This document shows, one piece after another, positions 20,318 to 29,084 of a stretch of 64,000 bases of DNA. Source of the DNA: an uncultured Bacteroidia bacterium. Lineage in GTDB: Bacteria > Bacteroidota > Bacteroidia > Bacteroidales > CAJPTX01. Positions within the stretch are counted from its first letter, which is position 1; each line of letters begins with the position of its first letter. The stretch is from assembly GCA_947252645.1 (NCBI GenBank), contig CAMXWF010000014.1, positions 5,795 to 69,794 on the forward strand, written 5' to 3'. A program made the translations under genes and the position numbers. The notes beneath the pieces were generated by a model that was not told the DNA's origin, made no database searches, and saw only the letters and a program-made list of their open reading frames with translations.

Positions 20318-21616
20318 CTACTGCGCTACGTAGTCTATCCGCTCGGCTATGAGCCCCTGGGCCCCCCGGGCGCCCTTGGTCACCGCCCCAGTGGCCACAT
20401 CGTAGATGTACACCTGCGCGTAGCCCTCCTTGGTATTCACCACAATGTACGCTTTTCCATCGTGGAGCGCAGCCAGGCGCGAATGGCTCCCATCGCCTTC
20501 CGGGATCCCCTGAATGCGCACCGGCTCGCCCGCCGCCCCAAGGTCTACCGTGGCCCAGTAGCTCACGAAGGGGGTAGTCTTTTGCGACCAGGTCTTTGGA
20601 TCCGTCAGTTCCTTCCCGGGGGCTATGGTGTGGGGGTCGTGCAGGTAGCAGAGTGCCTTCTTTTGTCCCAGGTAGTGCATGTCGATGATTTTGCCCTGGT
20701 AGGCCTTGCAGGCCTGGTACGACGGGTCGAAGCTACGCGCCCCTTGGCGCACGCAGAAAATGGAGTGCTTGGCGGGCGTGGTGCTTTTGACCCCAGGGAG
20801 GTATTCACACACCGTCAGGTAGTAATTCCCCTCCTCATCGAAGCAGGAGAGCGAGTTGCGCAGCTCGCCGTAGGCCGCTGCGCCTTCGCGGTGCACTCGG
20901 CTCTCCTTGTAGGGGCTGCTCACCTGCATGTTGTCTGGTGCTATGCAGGCAAGCCAGAACTCCCTCAGCTCCTTGGTGGCATTGGCCTTCATGGCAGAGG
21001 CGTTCTGGGGGTAGTTGTAGCTGTAGAACAGCTGGCCATCCTGCTGGCGGTAGGCGAGCATGCCGGAGGTGCTAAATCTGAGGCCGGACCCAGGGGCTGC
21101 CAGCGCGAGCTGACCCTTTGCCAGGGGGCTCATCGATGCCACATCGATCTTGACCCAGTTGACCTTTTGCGGATCCTTACCCGCTGCGCCCATGATTACC
21201 AGCGTGTTCTTGTCGAGCCAAGCATGCGCATAGCGGCGCTCCTGCACCTCCGTGCAGGGAAACGCCTTCACCTCCTCAAGCCGGTTGTCGGCTAGACGTA
21301 GCTTCTCAAAGCGCCCTGCTTTGCTCACCTGGTAGTAGTAACCCTCGTGCGCAATGGCCGAGGGCATGAGCCTATTGCCAACTTCTACCCCCTGCCCCTT
21401 GACGGAAAAGGTGCCCGTACTCAGATCCTCGACCGACAGCACAATCGACCCCTTCTCGCCCTTCGACGCACTGCCCTCTCCTACGGCAAACCACACGTTG
21501 AAATGGCCCCCAGTGGGCGCACTGGGCTCGGGCTCATTCTGCTTCTTACAGGACGACACCACCACCGCCCCCAATAGCCCCAACAGGCATACGATCAACG
21601 GAATTCTCCTCTTCAT
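20318..21616 (-). CDS. Surface lipoprotein partner of the adjacent TonB-dependent receptor (possible BtuG/DUF4374-like beta-propeller; function unverified)
   Basis: Signal peptide plus lipobox 'VVSSC' followed by 'KKQNEPEPS'. Beta-rich 432 aa, immediately downstream of the receptor (13-nt gap). Confidence 0.6.
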   Translation of the reverse strand: MKRRIPLIVCLLGLLGAVVVSSCKKQNEPEPSAPTGGHFNVWFAVGEGSASKGEKGSIVLSVEDLSTGTFSVKGQGVEVGNRLMPSAIAHEGYYYQVSKAGRFEKLRLADNRLEEVKAFPCTEVQERRYAHAWLDKNTLVIMGAAGKDPQKVNWVKIDVASMSPLAKGQLALAAPGSGLRFSTSGMLAYRQQDGQLFYSYNYPQNASAMKANATKELREFWLACIAPDNMQVSSPYKESRVHREGAAAYGELRNSLSCFDEEGNYYLTVCEYLPGVKSTTPAKHSIFCVRQGARSFDPSYQACKAYQGKIIDMHYLGQKKALCYLHDPHTIAPGKELTDPKTWSQKTTPFVSYWATVDLGAAGEPVRIQGIPEGDGSHSRLAALHDGKAYIVVNTKEGYAQVYIYDVATGAVTKGARGAQGLIAERIDYVAQ

Positions 21617-21629
21617 AGCATTGGTTCTT

Positions 21630-23780
21630 TTAGTGAAAAGTCATTCGGAATTTGCCGTAAAACCCTCGACCCGGGCGCTGCAGCATGTAGTTGTCGTAGA
21701 CCAAGGCATTGAACACGTTCGTGCACTCGGCCGAGAGGGTGTAGCGCCCATCCGCAAACGACCAGGCCACCATGCAGTCGCTCACCCACTGCGTGGGAAT
21801 CAGCGCCTTCGTGGACTTGGCCCCATAGGCCTCCCACGTGAAGTAGTACCAGTGTACGTAGTGCTCTGCGGCCGTCAGGCGGATCGACTGCCCCCTCAGC
21901 CCAAAGGGCTGCCAGAAGCGATACGTGGCCTCCAGCCGCCCGTAGTAGAAGGGCCGATTGGGGAGGCGATTGCCAAAGGTGATATCGGACAGGCCTGTCG
22001 AGAGCCTCCGACGCTGGTTGCGCTCGTCCAGCAGGGTGCCGCTCAGGGCCACCGTCAACCGCGTACCCCAATGGTAGCGCACATCAAACTCGCCCCCCAC
22101 AATGCGCACGGCGTCCAGGTTCTCGTAGCGCTGCTGTCGATCCGTGTGGATGGTGAGCCGTATCAGGTCGCGCACCTGGCGGTAGAAACCGCCCACCTCG
22201 TACTCGAAGCGCTGGCCTACCCCGAACGCAACAACGCCGTAGAGCCCCAGGTTCACATTGTGCGCCCGCTCGGGCCGAAGCGTGAAGTGCGGATAGACCG
22301 TGGCCCCATTGCCCAAAAGCTCCCGCGTACTCGGCAGTCGCACGCTATGCTCATACGAGGCCTTCACGGCCAGCTCGGGCCAGAGGGCGTAGCGGGTCGA
22401 TCCGCCGTAGCCCACCAGGGCCTGCTGCTGCTCGCGCGGCGCCACGTCAGACTCCGTCAGCCAGCTAAAATCCTCCTGCCTAACCTGCAGGGCCAGAAGG
22501 TAACCCTTCACGAACAGCATCGTGTACCACCGCTGCGCGAAGAGGCGCAGCCCGTACGAAAGGCCTAGAAAGTGGGTCTGTAGGGCATCGCGGGCGGGCG
22601 TAAAGGTGCTGTCGCGTGTGTCGTAGCGGCGATTGCCCTGGCAGTTGAGGGCGTAGCTCAGGGTCACCTCGTGGTGACCGCCCCACCCATAGCTGCCGTT
22701 GAGCTGACCAAAGACACTCGGACGGTCGGTATGGCGAATAGCAGGCTGACGACCCAGCACCTCGCTGAAGTAGCCCTCCAGGTAGGCTCCGTCCCACCCG
22801 TAGGCCCGGCAGGAGGTGTCGGTGAGCATATAGGACGAGCTGCGGTAGCCCACGTAGGCCCCCAGGCTCAGCCCCTTGACCAGTAGATCCCGCTTGCTAT
22901 ACCGAGCACTCACCGACCACATCTGCCGCTCACGCTCGGCTTGGCCCACTACCACCGTCTGCACCATGCCGGTTTGCACCTGCGACCGTGAGCCACTATA
23001 GCTCGCCTCCACCAGGGCCTCATCGCACCAGCTACGGTTGCGCCAGCCTACCGCCACACCGCCCTGCAGAGCCAGGTAGCGATCGTGGAAGCGGGGCACA
23101 TTGCGCTGCTCGTAGCGCCGACGCGCCGGCGACCACACCTCCACTCGGCGCATCGTGTAGCTGTTGCGACTGTAATCGCACCCAGCCCACCCCCTGACGA
23201 ACACCCCCTGCGGGCGCCACGTGTATTGCCCTGTGACCTCGCCTTGGCCCGTGTAGAACGAGCCCCCTGACGCCGACACATCGAGGTAATCCTGCCGGCC
23301 GCGGCGCGTCACCACGTTCACCACGCCACCCAACGCATCGCCCCCAAATTGCGGCGGCACCACGCCCTTGTAGATCTCTATGCGATCCACTACGCCTACG
23401 GGCAGCTGGGCCAAAAAACTCGAGGCCGAGCTGGCATTCGAGGGCACCCCATCGATGAAATAGCGCACGGCACTCCCCTTGAGCCCGTTGAGCGAGATCT
23501 CCACGTTTGACCCCACGCCCCCTTGCTGCTGAAGCCCTAGGCCGCTCACACCTCGCAGACGCGCGCCCAGCCCGCTGGCCGCCGATGAAAAAGCCCTCAC
23601 GTCAACGCTCTGCACGCTCAGCCCACTCTCGCGTAGCTGGACACGCCGCGATTGGCCCACCACCGACACCGAGTCTATGTCGAGCAGCTGCATGCTATCG
23701 ACCTGCTGCCCCCGCGCCCGATGCACGAGACCTAGCAGCAGGGGTAGCAAAAGTACGATTGCCGCCCACCCTGTGCGCAT
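21630..23780 (-). CDS. TonB-dependent outer-membrane receptor (BtuB-like by context)
   Basis: Signal peptide, plug 'IEIYKGVVPPQFGGDALGGVVNVVTR', a long beta-barrel and a terminal aromatic motif 'FRMTFH'. Confidence 0.85.
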   Translation of the reverse strand: MRTGWAAIVLLLPLLLGLVHRARGQQVDSMQLLDIDSVSVVGQSRRVQLRESGLSVQSVDVRAFSSAASGLGARLRGVSGLGLQQQGGVGSNVEISLNGLKGSAVRYFIDGVPSNASSASSFLAQLPVGVVDRIEIYKGVVPPQFGGDALGGVVNVVTRRGRQDYLDVSASGGSFYTGQGEVTGQYTWRPQGVFVRGWAGCDYSRNSYTMRRVEVWSPARRRYEQRNVPRFHDRYLALQGGVAVGWRNRSWCDEALVEASYSGSRSQVQTGMVQTVVVGQAERERQMWSVSARYSKRDLLVKGLSLGAYVGYRSSSYMLTDTSCRAYGWDGAYLEGYFSEVLGRQPAIRHTDRPSVFGQLNGSYGWGGHHEVTLSYALNCQGNRRYDTRDSTFTPARDALQTHFLGLSYGLRLFAQRWYTMLFVKGYLLALQVRQEDFSWLTESDVAPREQQQALVGYGGSTRYALWPELAVKASYEHSVRLPSTRELLGNGATVYPHFTLRPERAHNVNLGLYGVVAFGVGQRFEYEVGGFYRQVRDLIRLTIHTDRQQRYENLDAVRIVGGEFDVRYHWGTRLTVALSGTLLDERNQRRRLSTGLSDITFGNRLPNRPFYYGRLEATYRFWQPFGLRGQSIRLTAAEHYVHWYYFTWEAYGAKSTKALIPTQWVSDCMVAWSFADGRYTLSAECTNVFNALVYDNYMLQRPGRGFYGKFRMTFH

Positions 23781-24743
23781 CTACTCTGAGGCGTGGAGTT
23801 TCTCGCCCGTGCGGCGGTACAGGCTCTTCTTCTCCATGATGCCCAGCCGGCGGTGCGTCAGGTTGAAGCCTACCATCTCTACAAACCGACTCCGGATGCC
23901 CTCCAGCTCCCCGAGGCCCTTTTGCACCACCTCCACGCGGTAGCCTGCCTTCTCCAGCTGGGCCTTCCACTCCTGGAGGATGTCGTGCTTCCCATGCTCC
24001 CCAAATACCAGCATCAGCGGCACCAGGGTGATTCTCCGCGGACGGAGCGCCTTTACCGCCGTCAGGGCCTGCTCGTAGAACGGATACCCCTCGATGCAGC
24101 CCACCACGAAATTCCCGTGGCCCTGCTCGGTCAGCACTTTGTCGAGCATGGCGTATTGGGCCGTAGAGGCATCGTAGGTGCCGTGCCCCACCAGCATGTA
24201 GAGCCGATTGCCCGGGTAGGCCTTCGAGAGCAATGTCCCCAACGCCAAGTAGTCCTCGTAGTAGAATAGTAGCGGCGTAGCGAGCCGTAGCTCCTTGAAT
24301 TCACCGCGCAGGGCCTCCACGTCGTGCTGTAGGGCCTGCCATTCCAACCCGGCCACCAGGTAGCATGGCTGCACGAGTACGTGCGTATAGCCCTCCTGGG
24401 CCAGCGAGGCCAAGGCCTCGCTGGGCAGTGCCCGCTCAACGCCCCTATCCCGAAGACGCTTGACCACTATCCGCGACGAATAGGCCTCCCGCACCTCCAC
24501 CCGGGGAAAAGTGCCTCGCACTTGCGCCGTTAGGGCCTCAAACACCTTGGCCTGCGCATCTGCGTGCGTCGTGCCAAAATACACCATCAGCACTGCGGCC
24601 TTATCCCCGGCCGACAGATGCGATAGCATCGAATCCGCTTCGTAAATCTTACTCTGTGCGCTCGCCATGCTGCTTGGCCCCAATAGCGCAGCGCAGGTGA
24701 GCATTACCCATGCCCACGCCTTCCTCGTTTGCATCCGCTCCAT
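23781..24743 (-). CDS. cbiK: CbiK-type sirohydrochlorin cobaltochelatase homologue with an N-terminal signal peptide (exported form)
   Basis: CbiK fold motifs 'LMVYFGTTH', 'LVGHGT' and 'VFGEHGKHD'. Start chosen at ATG 24743 ('MERMQTRKAWAWVMLTCAALLGPSSMASA/QS'). The ORF-track start 24971 adds 76 implausible residues. Confidence 0.8.
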   Translation of the reverse strand: MERMQTRKAWAWVMLTCAALLGPSSMASAQSKIYEADSMLSHLSAGDKAAVLMVYFGTTHADAQAKVFEALTAQVRGTFPRVEVREAYSSRIVVKRLRDRGVERALPSEALASLAQEGYTHVLVQPCYLVAGLEWQALQHDVEALRGEFKELRLATPLLFYYEDYLALGTLLSKAYPGNRLYMLVGHGTYDASTAQYAMLDKVLTEQGHGNFVVGCIEGYPFYEQALTAVKALRPRRITLVPLMLVFGEHGKHDILQEWKAQLEKAGYRVEVVQKGLGELEGIRSRFVEMVGFNLTHRRLGIMEKKSLYRRTGEKLHASE

Positions 24744-24827
24744 AAGTATAGACCTTATACTACGCTCCCCAAAACGCCATCCCTCCCCTGAGCACTGCCT
24801 AGCAGCATGGCGGCACCCAGGTTGGCG

Positions 24828-24835
24828 CAAAGATA
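24828..24835 (-). promoter_or_regulatory. Candidate -7 box (TATCTTTG on minus strand) for the cbiK-cobC array
   Basis: Exact TAnnTTTG match ~85 nt upstream of the cbiK ATG. Confidence 0.35.
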
Positions 24836-25054
24836 GTTTTTTTACTGCGCAATTACTTCGTAGTGTCCCGGGAAAGCGCGGGGACTTTTGAAAATTGTGC
24901 GGAGCTCCACGCGCGCTATGTCCCGACATGCGCATCGCCCCTGGCACCATCTTGCGGACGCATTGCGGCATTTTCCCCCTTCTTTACAGTAGTCGCAAGG
25001 TGGCCACGGTCTCTACATACTTGGCTGGGCATCGCGAGCGCCTATAATTGTTGC

Positions 25055-25062
25055 TACCTTTG
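25055..25062 (+). promoter_or_regulatory. Candidate -7 box (TACCTTTG) for cobQ-cobD-cbiB
   Basis: Exact TAnnTTTG match 44 nt upstream of ATG 25106. Confidence 0.4.
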
Positions 25063-25105
25063 CCGCGTGGGTAGGGGTAAAAAACACCAAGAACTCTCCC
25101 CCCTG

Positions 25106-26560
25106 ATGCTGGCTGGCACGGGGAGCGATGTTGGCAAGAGCGTGCTGGTGGCGGGCCTGTGCCGCATATTCAAGCAGGACGGCTACGCGCCTGCGCCCTT
25201 TAAGGCGCAAAACATGTCGCTCAACTCCTACGTCACGGCCACGGGGCTTGAGCTCGGCCGGGCACAGGCCATGCAGGCCGAGGCCGCCGGGATAGCCTGT
25301 GAGGCCGAAATGAACCCCGTTCTCCTCAAGCCCACCGGGGAGAGCAGGAGCCAGGTGGTGCTCCTAGGCCGCGTGGCTGGCCACATGGAGGCCAAGAGCT
25401 ACTACCGCCGTGCGCAGCGACAGGAGCTGCGCCAGGCCGTGGAGGCCGCCTACGACCATCTGGCCCAGCGCTATTGCCCCATCGTCCTAGAGGGGGCGGG
25501 GAGCGTGAGTGAGCTCAACCTACGCGCGCAGGACATAGTGAACCTACCCATGGCGCGCTATGCCAAGGCCAAGGTACTCCTCGTGGGCGATATCGAGCGC
25601 GGGGGCATCTTTGCTGCGCTCTATGGCTCCCTGGCCCTCATGGCACCCTGGGAGCGAAAGCTCGTCAAGGGCATGATTGTCAACAAATTCCGCGGCGATG
25701 CTGGCCTCTTCGACCGTGGACGCCAGATTCTAGAAAAAATCTGCCACCGCCCCCTGCTAGGGGTGGTGCCCTACTTGGACGATTTGCAGCTCGAAGCCGA
25801 GGACTCCCTCGCCCTGCAGACAAAGCCCACCGCGCCCCAGGAGGGCAAAATCAACGTGGGGGTGGTGCGCTTGGCCCATCTGTCCAACTCCACTGACCTC
25901 CTAGCCCTAGAGCAGGATCCGCGGCTGCACGTGTACTACAGTGCTACCCCCCAGGCCCTCCAGGCGGCCGACGTCATCATTTTGCCAGGAAGTAAGAACA
26001 CCCGGGCCGACCTCTTGGAGCTGCGCCGCGCCGGCATCGACCAGGCGATCCTCAGCGCACGCCAAGGCGGTACGACCGTGGTGGGAATTTGTGGCGGATA
26101 CCAGATGATGGGCTTGGCCATCAGCGACCCGCTGGGCGTGGAGGGCCCCCCGGGCCAAACGCCAGGATTAGGCCTCCTGCCTGTTCGCACGGAGTTGCAG
26201 GCCGAAAAAACCACCCGACAGGTAACATTCCGGGTTCTCAACAATCCCACCCTGTGCTATGGCTATGAGATCCACATGGGCGCCACCGCCCCTGTCCATG
26301 AGGTCCCTCCTTGCCCCCTCTGCCAGACGCTGGAGGGCGCCTGCGATGGCTACTTCGTCGACCGGAACTGCTGGGGCTCCTACATGCACGGGCTTCTCGA
26401 CAACGCGCCCGCCGTGGCTCTGCTGCTGGGCGACCGTTTGCCCGCGCAGGAAAAACCATTGGACTATCGCCAATTCAAAGAGCACCAATTCGACCTGCTG
26501 GCCGACCACTTGCGCCAGGCCCTCGACATGGAGGCCCTTTATAGAATCATGCAGCCATGA
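25106..26560 (+). CDS. cobQ: Cobyric acid synthase
   Basis: 'MLAGTGSDVGKSVLVAGLCRIF' N-terminus and a C-terminal GATase ('GICGGYQMMG'). The upstream 81 codons of the ORF-track version were rejected. Confidence 0.9.
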   Translation: MLAGTGSDVGKSVLVAGLCRIFKQDGYAPAPFKAQNMSLNSYVTATGLELGRAQAMQAEAAGIACEAEMNPVLLKPTGESRSQVVLLGRVAGHMEAKSYYRRAQRQELRQAVEAAYDHLAQRYCPIVLEGAGSVSELNLRAQDIVNLPMARYAKAKVLLVGDIERGGIFAALYGSLALMAPWERKLVKGMIVNKFRGDAGLFDRGRQILEKICHRPLLGVVPYLDDLQLEAEDSLALQTKPTAPQEGKINVGVVRLAHLSNSTDLLALEQDPRLHVYYSATPQALQAADVIILPGSKNTRADLLELRRAGIDQAILSARQGGTTVVGICGGYQMMGLAISDPLGVEGPPGQTPGLGLLPVRTELQAEKTTRQVTFRVLNNPTLCYGYEIHMGATAPVHEVPPCPLCQTLEGACDGYFVDRNCWGSYMHGLLDNAPAVALLLGDRLPAQEKPLDYRQFKEHQFDLLADHLRQALDMEALYRIMQP

Positions 26561-27579
26561 GGCTCGGGCACGGCGACGACGCGGCCAACTACCCCGGGGC
26601 GGGGCTTGTGAGCAACTTCAGCTCCAATGTCTACACGGGCTACCGCGACGAGGCCCTGTTGGCCTACCTGCGGAGTCAGATAGAGCAGATATGCTCTTAC
26701 CCGCAGCCTGATGCTGCCCAGCTGCGCAACGTGGTGGCCCAGCGCGAGGGCGTGCGCCCAGCGCAGGTCGCCGTGGTCGCCGGGGCCACCGAGGCCTTCT
26801 ACCTGATTGCCCAGGCCTTCCCCAATCGACGCTCCATCCTGGCGGCACCCACCTTCAGCGAGTATGCCGATGCCGCCAAGCTCCACGGACACTGCGTGCG
26901 TGCCGTGGCGCAATTCAGCAAGGAGACCCTGCGCCAAGCCCAAGTGGCTTGGATCTGCAACCCCAACAACCCCACCGGGGCGACTATGCGCCGGGAGCAG
27001 CTGGTGGCGCTCGTGGAGGCCTATCCAGAGTGCCTTTTCGTACTCGACCAGTCGTACGCCTCTTTTAGCCTAGAGGCCCCCCTTAGCTCCGCGGAGGCTG
27101 TCACCCTGGGCCATGTGCTGCTGGTCCACTCCCTCACCAAGGAATACCGCATTCCTGGGCTGCGGTTGGGCTATGTGACGGGCTCTGCCGAGCTGCTCTC
27201 CCAGCTGGTAGCTTGCCAGCCGCCCTGGACGGTCAACACCCTCGCGCAGCTCGCGGGGCTCTACCTCCTCGCGCGGCCGCGCCAGGCGTTCGACCTCCCT
27301 GCCTACCTGGAGGAATCACGGCGTTTCCAGCACGCCATGGCGCAGATCCCGGGCGTGAGTGTCACCCCGAGCCCCGTGCATTTTTTCCTCTGTCGACTCA
27401 GGTCCGGCCTCTCGGCCGCCGCGCTCAAGCAGTGGCTCATCGCCCAGCACGGCATGCTCATCCGCGATGCCAGCAACTTCGATGGGCTAGGCCCCGAGGC
27501 CTTCCGCGTCTGCACGCAGCGCCCAGAGGAGAACATGCGGCTCGTAGCCGCCATTACCGCATGGATGCGTGGACAATAG
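26557..27579 (+). CDS. cobD: Threonine-phosphate decarboxylase (class I/II aminotransferase fold)
   Basis: 'CNPNNPTG' and 'SLTKEYRIPGLRLGY' PLP motifs. ATGA overlap with cobQ; context. Confidence 0.8.
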   Translation: MRLGHGDDAANYPGAGLVSNFSSNVYTGYRDEALLAYLRSQIEQICSYPQPDAAQLRNVVAQREGVRPAQVAVVAGATEAFYLIAQAFPNRRSILAAPTFSEYADAAKLHGHCVRAVAQFSKETLRQAQVAWICNPNNPTGATMRREQLVALVEAYPECLFVLDQSYASFSLEAPLSSAEAVTLGHVLLVHSLTKEYRIPGLRLGYVTGSAELLSQLVACQPPWTVNTLAQLAGLYLLARPRQAFDLPAYLEESRRFQHAMAQIPGVSVTPSPVHFFLCRLRSGLSAAALKQWLIAQHGMLIRDASNFDGLGPEAFRVCTQRPEENMRLVAAITAWMRGQ

Positions 27580-28514
27580 GCCTTTTGGGTATCCTGCTGG
27601 CCTGGCTGCTCGACCGCGCGCTGGGCGATCCGCCCTGGCTGCCCCACCTGGTGGTGGGCTTCGGGCGTTTGATAGGCGCCCTGGAGCGCAAGCTCAACCG
27701 CGGTGCCCACCGCGTGGCCAAGGGGGCCTGCATGGCGCTAGCGCTCGTGGTAGGGAGCTACGTGGCCACCCTTGCGCTCATGGTGGGGCTAGCCCGTCTT
27801 GGCCACGGCGCGGAGCTCCTAGGCGTGGTCGTGTTGACCTTCTATTGTCTGGCCGGGCGAACCCTTGAGCTGGAGGTGCGCGCCGTCTTCTCGGCGCTTG
27901 CGGCGGGCTTGGATCAAGGCCGCAAGCAGGTGGCGCGTATCGTGGGGCGCGACACCGCCGAGCTCGACGCGCAGCAGGTCCAGATTGCGGCCCTAGAGAC
28001 CCTTGCCGAGAACCTTAGCGATGGGCTGGTGGCCCCGCTCTTCTGGCTGGCCTTGGCCGGCGTGCCCGGCATGGTGACGTACAAGATGGTCAACACGCTC
28101 GACTCCATGGTGGGTTACCGCGATGCCCGCTACTGGGAGTTTGGGCGCTGGTCGGCCAGGATCGATGATCTCTTCAACTATATCCCGGCCCGGCTCACGG
28201 CGCTGTTGATGTTGCTGCTGGCTGGCAAGCTGGGGCTGCTGCGCAAGGTCTTCCGTGAGGGGCGCAACCATCTGAGTCCCAATGCCGGTTACCCAGAGGC
28301 CGCCCTGGCCCTTATCCTCGGTTGTCAGTTCGGCGGGCCCCACGTCTACCATGGCGAGCTTGTAGAAAAGCCCTACATCGGCACCAATCCTCGCCCCGTG
28401 AGTGGCCGCGACATGCACTACGCCCTCCGCCTCAACCAGGGCGTGGGGCTGGTCATGGCCGTCTTGACGTGCCTCGCCTATGCCTTCGTGCGCTGGGGGC
28501 TGGAGGCTTTCTGA
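27561..28514 (+). CDS. cbiB: Adenosylcobinamide-phosphate synthase
   Basis: The membrane protein starts 'MDAWTIGLLGILLAWLLDRALGDPPWLPH'. CobD/CbiB signature 'VNTLDSMVGY'. Start at ATG 27561, overlapping cobD by 19 nt. Confidence 0.85.
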   Translation: MDAWTIGLLGILLAWLLDRALGDPPWLPHLVVGFGRLIGALERKLNRGAHRVAKGACMALALVVGSYVATLALMVGLARLGHGAELLGVVVLTFYCLAGRTLELEVRAVFSALAAGLDQGRKQVARIVGRDTAELDAQQVQIAALETLAENLSDGLVAPLFWLALAGVPGMVTYKMVNTLDSMVGYRDARYWEFGRWSARIDDLFNYIPARLTALLMLLLAGKLGLLRKVFREGRNHLSPNAGYPEAALALILGCQFGGPHVYHGELVEKPYIGTNPRPVSGRDMHYALRLNQGVGLVMAVLTCLAYAFVRWGLEAF

Positions 28515-29076
28515 CCCCATTCCGCCAATCTCCCCATGTCTCGCACCTGCTCCGTACCAACGCCGTACCAACTCCGCTCATGCCCGCATTGCAAGCGGAC
28601 TTGATACGGAGCCTATGCGTTGTGTATGTTGTGGTTATAGCTACATACGTAGCGCATCCGCCCTTCCCAATCCTGCGGTTTATCGGCCGCAAGCGAACGG
28701 TTTAACAGAAGGGAGCGGAATAGCCCTGGGCGATGTACCAACAGGCTGTCAGTCGGTTAAGCGGAATTGATGTATTCGCCAACAGAGCATGAATATATTG
28801 CGATGTATAGAATTACTGCATTCTGTTCATTCTTTATGGGTACGCATATACGGGGGGAGATGTTACGTCCTCTCTTGTCCTTCGCGGGCGTTGATTCTGG
28901 GTAGGCGTCTCGTGGGGGCGCGCAGCGGGGGTGGGCCTTGGGCGCGCAGTAGCTGGGAGCCCCTTGCCCCGGGTAGGCGATGGCTGGGTCGGGGGCCAGA
29001 GCCCACACGCATCTCCGGCCCTCTTGCTTCCCTGCGGCCTCCGCCCTAGAGCTTGGCAGGAATAGGGAAATTGCTA

Positions 29077-29084
29077 TACCTTTG
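29077..29084 (+). promoter_or_regulatory. -7 box TACCTTTG upstream of the POT transporter
   Basis: Exact TAnnTTTG match 50 nt upstream of ATG 29135, preceded by 'AATAGGGAAA'. Confidence 0.45.

Noticed and set aside
20231-22568. Long plus-strand ORFs (354 aa and 404 aa) antisense to the lipoprotein and TonB receptor genes
   Set aside because: The translations are Arg/Pro/Gly/His/Leu-rich with no recognisable motifs. The opposite strand has clear family signatures. These are typical shadow ORFs of GC-rich coding DNA.
24744-24971. Extra 76 N-terminal codons of the ORF-track cbiK
   Set aside because: The extension is Arg/Gly/Cys-rich. It runs through the candidate promoter box and precedes a perfect signal peptide that starts at ATG 24743.
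24863-25105. Extra 81 N-terminal codons of the ORF-track cobQ (and likewise 27213-27560 for cbiB and 5658-5726 for cobC)
   Set aside because: Canonical family N-termini begin at the internal ATGs. The extensions overlap promoters or upstream genes and are compositionally aberrant.
24744-25105. Cobalamin riboswitch feature call
   Set aside because: Only fragmentary resemblance to conserved elements was found, and no convincing B12 box on either strand. It is reported as a question in the findings rather than annotated.
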